Origin: the human T2T-CHM13v2.0 reference genome, Homo sapiens
Assembly (NCBI RefSeq): GCF_009914755.1
Contig: NC_060942.1
DNA: 64,000 bases
Strand: one strand, 5' to 3'
A program made the translations under genes and the position numbers. This document shows, piece after piece, positions 32,727-47,800 of the stretch (its first letter is position 1; the number at the start of each line of letters is the position of its first letter). Under the pieces are notes generated by a model. The model saw nothing but the letters and a program-made list of their open reading frames with translations, was not told where the DNA came from and did no database searches.

Positions 32727-34229
32727 TTAATTTCCATTCTGAAATATATTCTTACAATACATCCAGACAAATTAACACCTTCTGATTAAGTAGTATAGCC
32801 AAATCTCAATGATTTCCCAGCAAAATTTTAATGCTGAATTGGCTTCACAAGCCTCAGAGTATTTTTCAACCTCTTTCCATCAGGCTAATATATGCAAATA
32901 TAATTCACTAAGTCTTAAAAGTAGGACATATTCTCATATTCTGGGTCTCTTCCAGGCTTGAGACAGTTGGAAAAGTCAGAGACTGAGAAAGAACTCTAAA
33001 TTCCTTGAGCAGGAAGAGGCTGCTGGAATCATCACTTCTTTCCTTGCCCAGAACCTGCTAAAAAGTCAGATTGTAAAGAACAGAGTGTGTGCACCTGTGT
33101 GTGTATTAGTCGGGGAAGCTTGTAAATACTTTAGGGATAGGCTGAAGTATCCCAACAACTCTGTAGATGAGTCATTCAGACAAAATTTTTGATCCATCTG
33201 TTGGAACATCACACCAGATCATGTGAACTGTGTGAAATGAACAGTGCAAAGACAAGACAGGATCCCTGCTCTCTGCTCTTGGACAGCTTAAAAAGACAAA
33301 TATAAAAAGGGAAGGAATAAAACTTTTAAACACGCACAACTCCAACCTAATAAAGTCTGCATGGAATCCAGGATCGAGGTTTTGTTATAATCTTACACAA
33401 AGGTTATGTAGTAGACAAAATCTCAGGGACTAATCTCACACTTGTTTCTCCTGTATTTATTCAGTCTGGGTTTTGACATTAAGATGTAAGATTTACATTG
33501 CCCTACATTGTTTTTTTTCTAAAATGTAGATTTCATTCTGGTCTTTGCATGTGAGATTAAGAGGAATCAGGAATATAAGTCCATGAAAAACTGGGGGAAA
33601 GGTAAACAAAATGTAAGGGAAATTTAAGAATTTTTAAGTGGACAGATGTAGGTCATTATGGGATTTCAAAGAAAGAGACACACATACATTGAGAATAGCA
33701 TGTGAAAGTTGCCCCTCCTACAAAAAATAATGGGGGAAATACACTTTCAACTAAGTAATCAAGCTGAGTGCAACTTGCAAATCCTTCTTAAATTCTGAAA
33801 CACACACGCACATACACACACACTTACTTGAACAGCAGCTTTGTAAAGTATCATTTTAAAAGCAAATTCTTCCCTGGAGAAAACTTAACTGCCAAAGCAT
33901 CTGGACTATCCTTCTAGAAGGCATTTAACAAGCTACTATCACTTCAGAGACTCACCAGGGTACATGGGCTTCAAAATGTATTTAAATTTTCTTTAGAAAA
34001 ACACATATCAGACCTCTCACAGCCATTGGAGAAGAAGGATAAGTCAAGATCAGGAACAGTTCTAGCTACAACTTCACTTCTTTAGGAACAAAATAATTGT
34101 TTTCCGATTTCATTAACTTTATGTGTTCTTGGAACACAGCCCAAGGTAGTCCTGGAAAGAAAGGTGTTGCTGAAGTGTTTTTCTACTACTAAAAGAGCAA
34201 AATAAGTTTGGCAAAGATAGTTCATATCA

Positions 34230-34860
34230 GGAATAAACAGGTCTTTGAATAAATGGGCTGGCACAACAGCCTGGAAGAAAAAAAAATCTTATATCATATG
34301 CAAAAATTAATTCCAGATGGACTAGAAACAAAAAAGAATTAACCTTCCTACAAAATCTTAGAGACTACATGTACAATCTAGGTGTCAGGGGGACCTTTCT
34401 TAGGATTGAAAACAGGAATAAGAGACTTCTCTGTATATGTGAAAATTTAAAACTCTTAAATGGAAAAATGTAGATTAGGTCAATTGATCGGAAAAATGTA
34501 AATAAGAGAAAATATTTCCATTATATACAGATAGCATCTAGAAATTGACAAGAACAAGCAAGCCAACAACAGAAAAACCAACAGAAAGTATGATTTTAAT
34601 CCACAGAAGAGCAAGTCCGAGTGGTGAACATATATATAAAAAGAGAGCCCTCAGAATCACTGATAGGGAAATGCAAATTAACGCAGCAATAAGAGCTTTA
34701 TATCGATTACGCTGGTGAATATTTTTTAAAACATAATAACTATGGTTGACACAGATTTGGAGAAATGGTATTCTCACACATCCATGATAGAAATGAGAAT
34801 TGCTATGGACTTTTTGGATAGCATTCTGGCAGCATCTATTAAATCAACTCCACTTCTGTG
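34230..34860 (+). mobile_element. L1ME-type fragment
   Basis: Degraded ORF2 3' region (AAAATTAATTCCAGATGGAC; GGGAAATGCAAATTAA). Confidence 0.55.
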
Positions 34861-35511
34861 AACTGAGTTTGACTGGGATGCAACGCAATCACTTTTCCCC
34901 TACATTTTTTCCCTAAGATTATTTAGTTTTGGTAATTGCATAGGAAATGAAAAGAATCAGGAAAACAATGTTATCAAAAATGTTTTGGAGAAGTGAAACA
35001 TATTAGAAATCACAGAATTCTACAGAAACAATGAACAAATTAATGATATGTACAGGAAAGTTTAGTGAAGTATAATTCACAGAGGCCAATAAAAGGAAAT
35101 AAATTAACTCCTGTCAATAAAAGAATGAGTATTTTCACATCACGGAATATTATGCAGTTGTTATGAATTTCAATTATACCAGATGATTTAGAAAGATTCC
35201 CATAAGTGATATAAGCAAGAGGCTGAAAAGTATTTGTCATATAATCCCATTTTTATGGAACAATGACAGAATTCTGCATGTCTCTGTATGTATATGTAAT
35301 AGCGATGTAGGATTCTGTGAGTATGAAGAAGATATGAAGAACATGCACTGGACTGTTAGAGTGGATTACATTTGGATTATGTAGGTGGGCTGGTTTGGAG
35401 GAATGGGGTCTGTCATGAAGGAAGAAAGTTTGTTAAAAAGTAGCTAAAATGCCACTATTATGTAAAATTGTGTGTGGGGGGTGGGGGAGAGAGATTGTGT
35501 GTGTAGGGGGG

Positions 35512-35526
35512 GAGAGAGAGAGAGAG

Positions 35527-35565
<39 letters not shown>
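35512..35565. repeat. Compound microsatellite (GA)9(GT)18
   Basis: Direct reading; preceded by a degenerate copy of the same TG/G/GA unit. Confidence 0.95.
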
Positions 35566-35568
<3 letters not shown>

Positions 35569-36057
35569 AAGAACAGAGAATGAATCAAAATGTTGGTGGT
35601 TATATCAAGACTTCAGAATACCTAAGTTTTTAAATAGTTTTAGGTATTCAAATTCTTCATAATATATATGTTTATAATCAGAGGGGAATGAAGACTACAA
35701 ATAGTATTTATACTTAGTTCATACATTTCCTCCCTCCCAACTCCATGGCCTCTGCTTAGCAAGAAACTCTCCTCTGATAACACACATTATTCAACTGTAC
35801 ACAATCTACTCAGGTAAGTATCTTCCCAATTGAGTCAAGGGGAAAAAAAAGAAACAGAAGATGGGGGAGGGGTGAGTAAAATTCACAGTCTACCTGATCT
35901 ACTATAAAGTTAATTTGAAGCTTCTTTGGTGTGGCACTAAAAGATTCTCTTAAAGCTATCTTGTTGTTTCACTTTTAGCAACTGCCACCACAACACTGAT
36001 AAATACAACTATTTATAGAGTCCTCAGGTGCTAAATTGGCAGAGTGATATGTACTTT

Positions 36058-36148
36058 TTTAATTATTATTTTTTATTATACTTTTAAGTTCTAGGGTACA
36101 CGTGCACAACGTGCAGGTTTGTTACATATGTATACATGTGCCCTGTTG
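36058..36148 (-). mobile_element. Extremely 5'-truncated L1PA insertion (~90 bp including tail)
   Basis: TTATACTTTTAAGTTCTAGGGTACACGTGCACAACGTGCAGG...; perfect 14-bp TSD GTGATATGTACTTT (36044-36057, 36149-36162). Confidence 0.92.
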
Positions 36149-39100
36149 GTGATATGTACTTTATTACCCATCAACCCCTGGATCTATGTCCAGAGAGAAT
36201 TAAACTGGACTTTTAATTTCTCTTCTTAGTCATTACAGTGAAGTCAATATTTACACAGATATTCAATAGAAAAAATGAAATGACATTCAAACTATCACAT
36301 GTGCTTCTCCCCATGTCTGGAAGTGATCTGTGAATTTCTATTATTTATTCACTAGTGTCTGTACATAGATTCTAAACTTCAACAGACTCTGAAGTTGTGT
36401 CGTCTATCTCTTATCTAATTACCCCAAATGTGGCACTTCAGTTTATGTATTACATGTAAAAATAATTAAATATTTTTACAAACGTGTCCATTTACTTATT
36501 AATATTTAAAGCCAAAAAGTGACAAATTGTTCATCAGCTTCGTTTCATGCAATGCACAGGAATTTATCAACAATGAAGTCATCTTTGGGGAACTCTCCAT
36601 GAATGGAACACAAATATAATTATATTTGTGAACACACAACATGGTTTTATCAAGATTTTCATGAGACTATTTGATTTCATACAATGCAAGGGAATTCTTT
36701 CAGAGGACAGTTACAACAGTGAACATATCATATCTAAATCCAATATCCAGGTTGGTTAAGAAAAGTAAATGAATCACAATTATTCAATTTCAAAACCAGA
36801 GGTAATGTCTATTAATACTTATGAACATTGACTGCTGAAGACAAATAAGTTAAAAAGTAATTAACCCACAAGAAACCGGAAGATTATTTATAAACATCCC
36901 ATAAAAAACTAAGAGAAATGTACAGGAGGAGATTTTATTACAGGAGATTTGAAAAAAAAACTCTACCAAAAAATTGAACAAAGGGCTCAGGAAATTCACA
37001 AACAAAATATGATATTATTGGAGCTATTCTACTATCGAGCAAAGAAATACAACGTTTTCATTATCTAAACTAGCAAAGGCAAAACAAAAAAAAGAACTAT
37101 GATATTCAATGATATACAAAATCATGGGCTTACTCATCCACTGCTGAAGGTAGAATCTTTCCTGGATGCAATTTAGCAATAAATACCAACATTCTAAAAA
37201 TAACGAATTTTGAACAATCATCCCACTTCCAGGAACCCAAAATAATAAAATGATGTAAAAAGGACACATTTAAGTAAAAAGTCTCAAAAACAGGACACTC
37301 AAAACAACTAATGTCTCGCAACAGTCAAATAAATAATAGTTGACTGGTAATAACAGAATTCCATTCAGTCACAAAAGGTCTATTTCCAAAGAATATTAAT
37401 AATGAAGGAAAAGGCTCAAGATCTAATGTAAATTTTAACAAGCAGTTTTATATACAATTTGGTCATTTATAAATGTATTTTTGATTTACATCCCATGCCT
37501 GCATAATAGCAAAATGTTGGTAATGGTTATATAACAAGTTATACAATATTATCAGTCCTGGACTACATATCTTCAGACTACTGCTATATGAAAGCAAAAC
37601 AAAATAAACTCTCTGTGTTGTATAAGCCGCTATTTTTTTTTTTCATCTATCTTACACACAACTGAAATTAACCTTAACTGATGTCCCTGGCCATGATGAG
37701 GCTGTGAAGATTCCCTTTGATCCTATGTCTCTTAGTGGCTGACTTCCTCTTAACTGGCCAAAGACAGGACCAAAATAAACAGAAAAAATAAGAGTAGAAT
37801 CTCTTAATAAAGCTTTCTGTTACTTGTTATTTATTTTTAAATAAGTAATCTGAACCTCCTAAAGTGCATGCTCTCTCTCACGCTCTGTCTCTCTCTCGAA
37901 ACAACCAATTAAATAGTTTTTAACTTGGGTCTAGTGCTTGATTGATTTTGTGGGTCAGCGGTCAAAGGTAAAAAATGAATCTTGCATTATTTTAAAAACC
38001 TGAAACAGGCTAAAAATGAAGATCTAGGAGCATAAACTACTGGGGACCAGAAATGACAATGTTAGTTTTTTTATTCAAACCAACCCTTACTTGCCCATTG
38101 CTGCTAAAAGAAGACAGCAGCAATCCAAAATGAGAATCAATCATGGAATATAGCATCTGCACAGACAGCTGTCCTGGGGTTATTCAAGTGGGCCTTCTCA
38201 GGTATTTCATTAACCTTTTCTTTAATGGATGACAGACTCTGTTATAACGAGTGCTTTCTAATTACCTAACAGTAACAGATATGTTTTAAAATTTCAAAAA
38301 TAAACATTTACCCTTTTTCTGGTACTTTTAGATATTTAAACTCTAGTTCCCTGCTAGGAAGGCAAATTTTCATTTCTAACATCCTAAAGTCTGATAATTG
38401 AGAAAACTGTCATCTTATTTAAAAAAAAAAAAAAAAAAAAGTCTGACCAAAGAACTTTTCCTCTACTAATTGGAGAAAAAACAACAACAGAACACAACTC
38501 ATTTTAAATCTTCCCAGGGACACTTACATAAGCACTGCTCATAGAGGGTTACATTCCTCTCAACACTATATAACCAAGCTTAATCATAACAATTTACTGT
38601 ATATGTTAAATATTAACTAAAGTGTCTTCATAACTATAAAGAATTCATACTGCATTTTAAATTCAATAACTTGGTATTTATTAAACAACCATAAGGTCAT
38701 CAAAGCCCACGTGGTATTCAAATACTTCAAACTAGGTTAACAATTAGCAGAATCAATTAAAATAACTTGCCCTGTAATTGTAAAGCAATTCATCCACAGA
38801 ACTGGAAAGGAGCTTGGGAACACTGTTGTTTTCTTCTTTTACCACCATGTAATGCTCCCGCACAGCATAAAAGGAAACTCATTGTCTGGGATTCAGACAC
38901 TACTGTTTCAAGTCAAACTTGGGGCTATTCTAGGAAGATGACAACTGTACCAAATTAGCAGTCGTAGTTTTGTAACATTATTTGGACCAAGTGGCTTGTT
39001 TGCTTAGAAGTAAAATCCGTGGTGCCCAGAGATGAGAGGATGGATAAATGGTAAGCTGACTATGCCATCAGGTCTTTGCTAAGAGTTGACTAGTTTCTAA

Positions 39101-39718
39101 GATTCATGGCATTCTAGTCCATATACTCAGGAGTCATATGAAGAGCATGATAATACCAAAGATTAAAAATCCAGTGACATGGAAACACATAATATGTAAA
39201 GGAGACATCTTAACTTCAGAATGAAAAGAACTAGCAAAAAGGTGAAAAATCGAAAAATGAGTTGTACTTTCCAGAAATACTTTATTTAGAATATGGGTAA
39301 CTAATGACCCTAAGAATCATTATTTTATAAATCATGATAGTCTCTGTTTTTCCTTCTGCTAATATTAAGACCTGCCATCTTAGTTCCAATTTACATATTT
39401 AAAAATATAATGTCTGCCTCAAATGAAACAAAAGTGACATTCTATTTCAGACTTGCAGAGCTCATACACTGCTGTAGTAATATAGATATCTTGGACCTTA
39501 TAATTTTTAATACTGAGATTTGCTCATTCATTTATTAAATGCTTATTGGGTGCTTTCTACATGCCAGGCATTGTGCTAAGAGCTGAAAAATGGTAAAAAT
39601 ACTTTTAGATACCTCTAACCTGAAATTCAAGTAAGCAATTCTTATGAAACTGGGAGTAGGGGTACAGCAGGGTGGTAGGGGAGGCTTTTCATGTGGAAAG
39701 GTCTGAAATAATTCATCC

Positions 39719-40046
<328 letters not shown>

Positions 40047-40394
40047 TTACAAAAACAATACATAAACCAGAAATAAAAGTTACTTTTCCCATGGCATATC
40101 ATAGCTGGTGTTGTTAAGATTGAGAGTCCTGCTGAAGATGCATGGGGAGTTTATGAGTCTTCCTAGAACCGGCAGCTCAGTAAGTGAAAAGACAGATACC
40201 TCAGGAATCTCAAACAAAAATAAACGAGTTTACAAGCTGGTCTACAAGAACTTGCTATTTCAGTAAGGCAGCCAATGAGTGAAAGAGACTAAAATACTCC
40301 CTCTTTAAACTATAATGCAGTTGATCACAACAGTCAAACCAGTTTTCCTTTCAGAAATGAACTGAATGTCTTAAGATTTTTACAGACAATGTGG

Positions 40395-41537
40395 ATACTC
40401 ATTTCAGTTGACACTTATTTCCTTTGGATATACACCTAGTAGTGGGACTGCTGAATCACAAGGTAATTCTATTTTGAATTTTTGGAGGAACCTCCATACT
40501 GTTTTCCATAATGGCTTTATTAATTGAAATTTACACTCTTACATTCCCACCAACAGTATGTAAAGGTTCCCTTTTCTCCACATCCTTGCCAACACTTTTG
40601 TCTTTTTGCCATTCTATCTAGAGTAACATCGATCTCACTGCGATTTTGATTTGCCATTCCTGATTAATGACGGATGTTGACCATTTTTTTCATATACCTA
40701 TAAGCCATTTGTATGTCTTCTTTTGAGAAATGCCTATTAAGGTGTTTTGCCCATTTTAAATAGGATTATTTGTCTTTTTGCTATGGAGTTGAGTTCCCTA
40801 TACTCTGGATATTAACACCTTATCAGATACATAGTTTGCAAATATTTTCTCCTATTCTGCAAGTTGCCTTTTTGCTCCGTTGATTGTTTCCTTTGTCATG
40901 CAGAAGCTTTTTAGTATGATGTAATCCCATTCATCTATTTTTGCTTTTGTTGCCTATGTATTTAGGTCTTATCCAAAAAATCCTCGCCTAGTCTAATGTC
41001 ATAAAGTGTTTCTACTATGTTTTCTTCCATGAGTAGTTTCATAGTTTCTGGTCTTACATTTAAGTCTTTAATCCATTTTGAGTTGATTTTTATATATGGC
41101 ATTAGATAGGAGTTCAGTAATAGATGATAGATAGGGGTCCAGCAATCCCACTATGGGTTATATATAAAAAGGACATGAAATCAGCATGTAGTGAGTATAG
41201 CAGTGGCTACCAGAGACTGGGGAGGGCAGAGAAAAGCGGGGCAACTGGGGGAGGTTGGCCATTGGGTACAATGTTACAATTAAATAAAAGGAAGAATAAG
41301 TGTCCTACTGCACAGTGGGGTGACTACAGTCAACAACAGGTATTGCATATCTCAAAATAGGTGGAAGAGAGGATTTTATATGTTCCCACTACAAAAAAAA
41401 AAGATAAATATTTGAGGTGATGGATATGCTAATTAGCCTGATTTGATCATTGCATAATGTGTACATATACTGAAATGCCACATTGTACTCCATAAATATG
41501 TATTAATATAATGATTGTGTCAATTAAAAATTAAAAA
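40395..41537. mobile_element. L1MA-type element with 5' inversion (minus segment ~40395-41118, plus segment ~41138-41537)
   Basis: Minus-strand ORF2 3' region joined to a plus-strand 3' end (GAGGTGATGGATATGCTAATTAGCCTGATTTGATCATT...CAATTAAAAA). Confidence 0.8.
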
Positions 41538-41854
41538 GTTATACTTTTTAACTAGTATATGTAAATATTCACCTTACATTCAAGATACTTGTTTTCCTTT
41601 CTAAATGGATATTACAGTACTGTTCTCTGGAAAAAAAAATAAAAAGACTTTCAAAACAGCCATCTTACTTGAAAAAAAAGACACTGGAAGAGCTATCTGC
41701 AAATCTTGTCCTGTGGGTCTAGGTTTATCACTGTCCACTGCCTGCTACAATGTCCTCTCCTATTTTTTTCTCATCATTTTTAGGCACAGCCAATAGTCAG
41801 AATAGGTCAAAACTGGAAGTAAGTGAAAGTATACCATATATCAATGAAAATTAA

Positions 41855-42173
<319 letters not shown>

Positions 42174-42310
42174 TAAATCACTCACTTTGTGTATAACATT
42201 ATACTAGGCACTTCTTTCCTGCTAACCATTATACAACTATAGGTACAAAAAAATGATCATCCATCAGTGAAAATAATGATGAGTACGTGGTTAAAAAAAA
42301 AAAAAAAAAA

Positions 42311-42596
42311 GGCTGGGCGTGGTGGCTCATGCCTGTAATCCCAGCACTTTGAGAGGCCAAGGCAGGCAGATGATCATTTGAGGTCAGGAGTTCAAGACCA
42401 ACCTGGCCAATATGGTGAAACCCCATCTCTACTAAAAATACAAAAATTAGTTGGGCGTGGTAGTGCATGCCTGTAAGCCCAGCTACTTGGGAGGCTGAAG
42501 CAGGAGAATTGCTTGAACCCAGGAGACAGGAGTTACAGTTAGCCAAGATTGAGCCACTGCACTCCAGCCTGGGCGACACAAAAAGAAAAAAAAAAG
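42311..42596 (+). mobile_element. Alu (AluS-like)
   Basis: GGCTGGGCGTGGTGGCTCATGCC...GGGCGACACAAAAAG. Confidence 0.92.
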
Positions 42597-42674
42597 ATGT
42601 AAGTGTCTAAGCTCACTGTTTCGGTACCATTTGGTAAAACTCACCTGTGATTCTGGATTAAATTAAAAGTTCCT

Positions 42675-42805
42675 GGCCAGATGTGGTGGCTCAGGCCTAC
42701 ATAGTCTCAGGTACCTGAGAGGCTGAGGCCAGAGGATCATCTGAGCCCAGGAGTCTGAGGGCAACCTCAGCAACAAAACGAGAACCCATCTCTTTTTTTA
42801 AAAAA
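42675..42805 (+). mobile_element. Alu monomer (FLAM-like)
   Basis: GGCCAGATGTGGTGGCTCAGGCC...GAGAACCCATCTC, single arm. Confidence 0.7.
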
Positions 42806-43971
42806 GTAAAGTTCCTTTCCAAACTCCTCCAGTCCCTCCGAAGCCCAATCTTGGTTAGATTAGTCAGTTTATAACACTTTCTGTCTGATAAAGACCTTTC
42901 GCCACCTTTCTATAACCTGCGGATTACCAGATCAATAACCTGGAATACTCAAAACGAAACACACTCAAGTCACCCAGAGCATTTCTCTCAGCTTCTTCTT
43001 CTGTACAAAGACAATAAAACCTGCTGCTACCTAAATGATATGCTATACTCTGAAGCCTCCCTCAACTGATCCGTATCTACTACAGCCATCTCACACATGT
43101 ATTTGACATATATTATTGCATTTAATTCCTATAATAAGTAGAATGTAAGCACCACAAAGACATACAGTTTTGTCTGATTTGTTCAGTGCTATAGTCCCAA
43201 CACCTGTAACAGGGCTTGTCACATAGCAGGGGCTTAGTTAAGTGTTAGTTGACTGAATAAACAATTTACTGAATGAAGAATAGGGGCAAGTATAACGTCT
43301 AGTTTTCCTACACGGGAAAACTACAAATCAAAGGGATTACAAGACCTGACCAAGATCACATGACTATGAAATGGCAGTACCTCTAACAGAACGAAGGTCT
43401 CTTGGCTCCAAATCCAGTATTCTTTAAATTATCATTCCCCCCACCCTGGCCATGTGTACTCTCTTAAAATACAGAATGCCAGGAGAAATGAAGCCACAAG
43501 ATGAACACCGAACATCTTCCAAGAGCAAAACTAAGTTACTTTGGGAAAAAGAAAAGAAAAGAAAAAGAAAAAGACATCAATTACAAAGTAGATTTTGAGA
43601 ACTTACTTCAATTTCAATGATAAAACATGGATCCGAGAAAGACCTCTGATGTTTACAAACAGCCACTTGGAGCCTCCCTGGGGCCTAAGTGTCCATGTTT
43701 TTGCTCCTAGAGGCCAGTAAATGATAAAGCTGCAGAAGCCTCTGAGCACAAAGTAAGGACCAAATTTCCCACAGTCCCAACACATCCGGGACTTAGAATC
43801 TGATCTGATTCCTATGCACAGCCAGGAAGGAGAGACGGTCACTGCTCCTGTTCTACCTACTTAGCAGTCTCCTACTCTTTTTCTTCCCTCTCCCTGCCTT
43901 TCCATGCAGCCTTGGTCTTCCTTTTCCTTTCAGCAAACAGGGCCATTAACACATCTTTTATTGTGCTAGAC

Positions 43972-44887
43972 CAGCATTCTTTAAACTGGGGTACATGTTT
44001 GGGGCAAAGCTAACACTTCCCAAGGGTCTCATCATCACAACTGTAAAGGAATCAGTTTCTACATTTGAAATTTCCAAACGTACTCTTGTTTAAAAATTAA
44101 TGGGCTTGGGTCCACGCTTGCGTTGGACATCCATCCTGTGATGACCTTCACTGTGATGGAAGGAACCTGTCGTTCACCATCTCCCCTTCACAATGGTTCT
44201 TCACTCACTTTACAAAAGTAATGCACTTGTATTACCTTCTCTACATCTTTCTAAGATGCATTGCCTGAGGGTGAAAAGACCTTGGGTAGAGAAACAAACA
44301 AAGGAACAAAAATATTGATTCGTGTTGCAGGGTTAAAGTCTCCACTATTTAGGTAACAACTATTTCTGTTAAGTCAGGTAATTTCCAATTCTTTGTTTTA
44401 AAAACAACCAGAAATCATTAAATATTGAAAGTCTTATGATCAAAATAAATACGAAATACTAGATTTCAATCTATATACTTTTTTTTTTGGTTACAGAGAG
44501 TATGGCAGAGTGATCAATAGAATACTTTCAAGCATAAAAATATATTACACTGAGACAGAATTCTATACAGCGGAAGAGAAATGGAGTAAGAATTTAAAGA
44601 GATAAAGAAAAGGTGTAAAATGTTTAACTTTCAAAAGATTGATTCTTGAATCTCATGAATTTTTAAACAAATGATATTAGAAATCAAATATATATTTTAC
44701 TAGAGTTTTTAGAATGATGTAATACTTTAAAATATGAATAGTTACAATATGCTGAGAAATTACATCCCCTGCAAGCATTTAAACTTAGAATGAAAAGTTT
44801 TAGCATTTAACTGAAAAATGTGCTTAGGGACAGAGTTTCACCAAATCTTTTAGGAGGCATAGAAGCAAAAAGGTTGTAAGAATGCTA
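43972..44887. mobile_element. hAT-Charlie-like DNA transposon fossil
   Basis: Imperfect terminal inverted repeats CAGCATTCTTTAAACT / AGGTTGTAAGAATGCTA; CTAGA/CTAA-type target flanks. Confidence 0.5.
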
Positions 44888-47800
44888 CTCTAACACAAGC
44901 CTTCAGGGTCTATCCAAGATGAAATGAGGAGGAGAGAGAAAATGAACAATTTCCCACCCATCCAGTTTTGAGTGAGGATGGTTGGGGGTGGAGGATTAGT
45001 ATTTTCTCCATCCTCTCCTTGGTCCTAAGCACATTTGCTGAACCCAGTTCTACAGTCAACAGTTTATAAGACTGATGATCAATCAGTTTAAATATCTGAT
45101 CTTAATTGCACTGCTGACTGGGCTTAGACCTCAGCTGATGAGATACATCTCATCAAATCTCCCAAGGAGAATTGCTAGAGTACCTTTCTCTGGGTTCTCC
45201 AGAAAAACTTGTGGGGCAACATTTATAAAGGCTCAATTATTTTGTATTTATCTTATCATACAAAGGCAAATTTCACCATCAAGGATGTAATATTGAACAC
45301 ATCTATCTACCTGGCACTTCAGGAGTGGCATGTATAATGCAAAGAATTGGAGAGTTCTTTATATATTGTGTAGTGAATATTCATTCTAAGGATGGCAAAT
45401 GTCCTGAAGAGTCATCTCAACAGACACATCTACGTTACTAGGCCCTCAAACCCCAATGTTTTTTTTCTCCTGTTCTGTAACCTCTTCTTCCCCACTGCCT
45501 CTTGCCTCTTTTCAGCCACTCCTTTGGCAAGCAGAAAGTTGTATGTATGATGGATGAGGCCAGCACTTAATTTGGTGTCTACACTGTTTTTAAAATATTG
45601 ACTTTCCAGTCCTCAAGCTCTCAGAGAGACAGTGAACCTATTTAGAGCAGATGTCAGAACAACTTCAACCCTTCTCTCCTTTAGTACCAGGAGGTAGCCC
45701 AGTTTGAGATAAGAGGTCAGTCTTCAGAGTCAGAAGGTTGGCTGGAAATTCCACTCCACCATTTACTAGGTACGAGTCTTCAGGCAAGTCAATTTTTCTG
45801 AATCTTAGGTTCCTGAAGTTCTTAAAAATTGTGTTGCTGAGGATTTGAGACAATACATATTATGCATCTAGAAATGTACCAGCCCATAGTAGGCTTCTGA
45901 TAATCAATAGTTGTGAAATTAGATTTTTTAATGTTCTTTAAAAATTATTTAAAATTAGCCAATCATTTCCTCTTGGCATAATGTCAACTAGTGGCATGTT
46001 TTTCAATTTTGTTCTAGTCTCTTTAAAAACAAGTGATTTGAAAAATGACTATCTTTCATGTCTAAGTATAGGGTGGGCGTGTGCAGATGTAAAATGTACC
46101 TGCAGTACTAAAACTGGGGAAAAGGCAAACACAGGATGAGGACAACACAAAACTTAAGATTTCACCTATAACATTTATAAATATACCAGCATGTCCTCAA
46201 CCTGTCCTAAACTGTGTGAAACATGTTTAAAAACATGCAAAGAATCTATGATTGACTCTTTTAAAGTCTACCCAAATTAAACTGCTATAACAACACTTTC
46301 CCCAATCAAATTAGAAGAGAATTTTTTGGTAAATACTTAATATTTTCAGGATGTGGGCAGACTGATACTATCACAATGCTCACGTTGGTGTAAACGAGGA
46401 TTTCCTTTAGTCTCTAAAGCAATTTGACAATGTGTATCAAGGATTTTAATAGGACTGACATGCTTGTTCAGCAAAGTAGAAATACATTCTAACCAAAAAA
46501 CTCCCAGATGTATGTACAACAGTATTCATTACATCACAATTTTTAATAGCACAAAATAATACAGCTTAATAATGTCCACAATAGGGGATGAAATTACTTG
46601 GCATAGCTTAGCCCATGGACTCTTTGGCAGCTATTAAAAATCATGTTGACAAAAATATTTAAATGAGATGGGATTGTTAAGTGAAAGAAGCAAGGTATAA
46701 AGCAGTATCTGGCAATGATTCCAAATTTGTATGTGCCACTATGATTCTCAAGCGGCAATAAGGAAATAAGAGAAATTTACAATGAAGAATTGGAATTACA
46801 TATAGTGATCAAAATCCATTCCACAGCTTGAAAGGACACAGTGTTAAGACTTGCTACCCACGTCCTCATTTTAGAAAGAAGTGTGGGATGAGTACACTGC
46901 TGATTCAGATCCTTTTTATGAATGGCAGGGATAGAAAAGTGGGAAATAAAACTGAAAGTCATGTCGGAAAGTGAGATATTCCACCCCTTTAAACTTTCAG
47001 TTTAATGAAGCTTTTGAGTGGCTTTTACACCACATGCAGCAATGCTCTCTGCCTAGCTAGCAAATGTGGCAGTGTGCAGAGATGAGAGAAGGTAGGAAAA
47101 GGTAAGGACTCACAATCTGCCAATATACACAATTTTGGAGGAGGAAATGAAACGCTGTGAATACAAACACACACACCAGTTCAGGTCTGCAGATGCTATT
47201 TAAAGCACACAACATTTTCCCACCCCCACTCGAAGCAGAAACGCCTCAACACACCACCTGTGCGTCCCCCCCCCCGCCCCCACCCCACCGCTTCAACAGC
47301 TACTGTGATCTGCACTTCATTACTAGTTTTAAAACTTCCAGCTTATTCCCAATGCACCCTACTACTACCAACAATCAAACGAGGATAGCAAGCAAGCCAA
47401 GATTGTTTTCCAGCCTTCACGAACTTTCCTGCATCTATTTTTCACATCAGATATACAAATGTCTAATCAAACCCCACAGATAAGAAACAGAATAAAAACT
47501 CCTTTGTGTATGTATACATCTCACGTTACCCACTCTTCTACCCCAGGAAACAAGGAGTAACCCTAGTGCCTGTGACTCGAAATGACATCTTTCTGCTTAG
47601 TGTTCTTCTGACCTGGCCTGTGTAGTCACAGCTCTGCCTGCCTGCCAGCCTGGGCCCGTGTACTTCCACAGCTGCCCCACAGCAGGGCAGGCTTCTTTCT
47701 GCAAACAGTCTAAAATCGCATGACGCCAAAGCCCACTGAAGTTATGATGAAAACAAGAGAAGACCAAACACACCTAAATTGCCACCTTACGTGTCATCAC

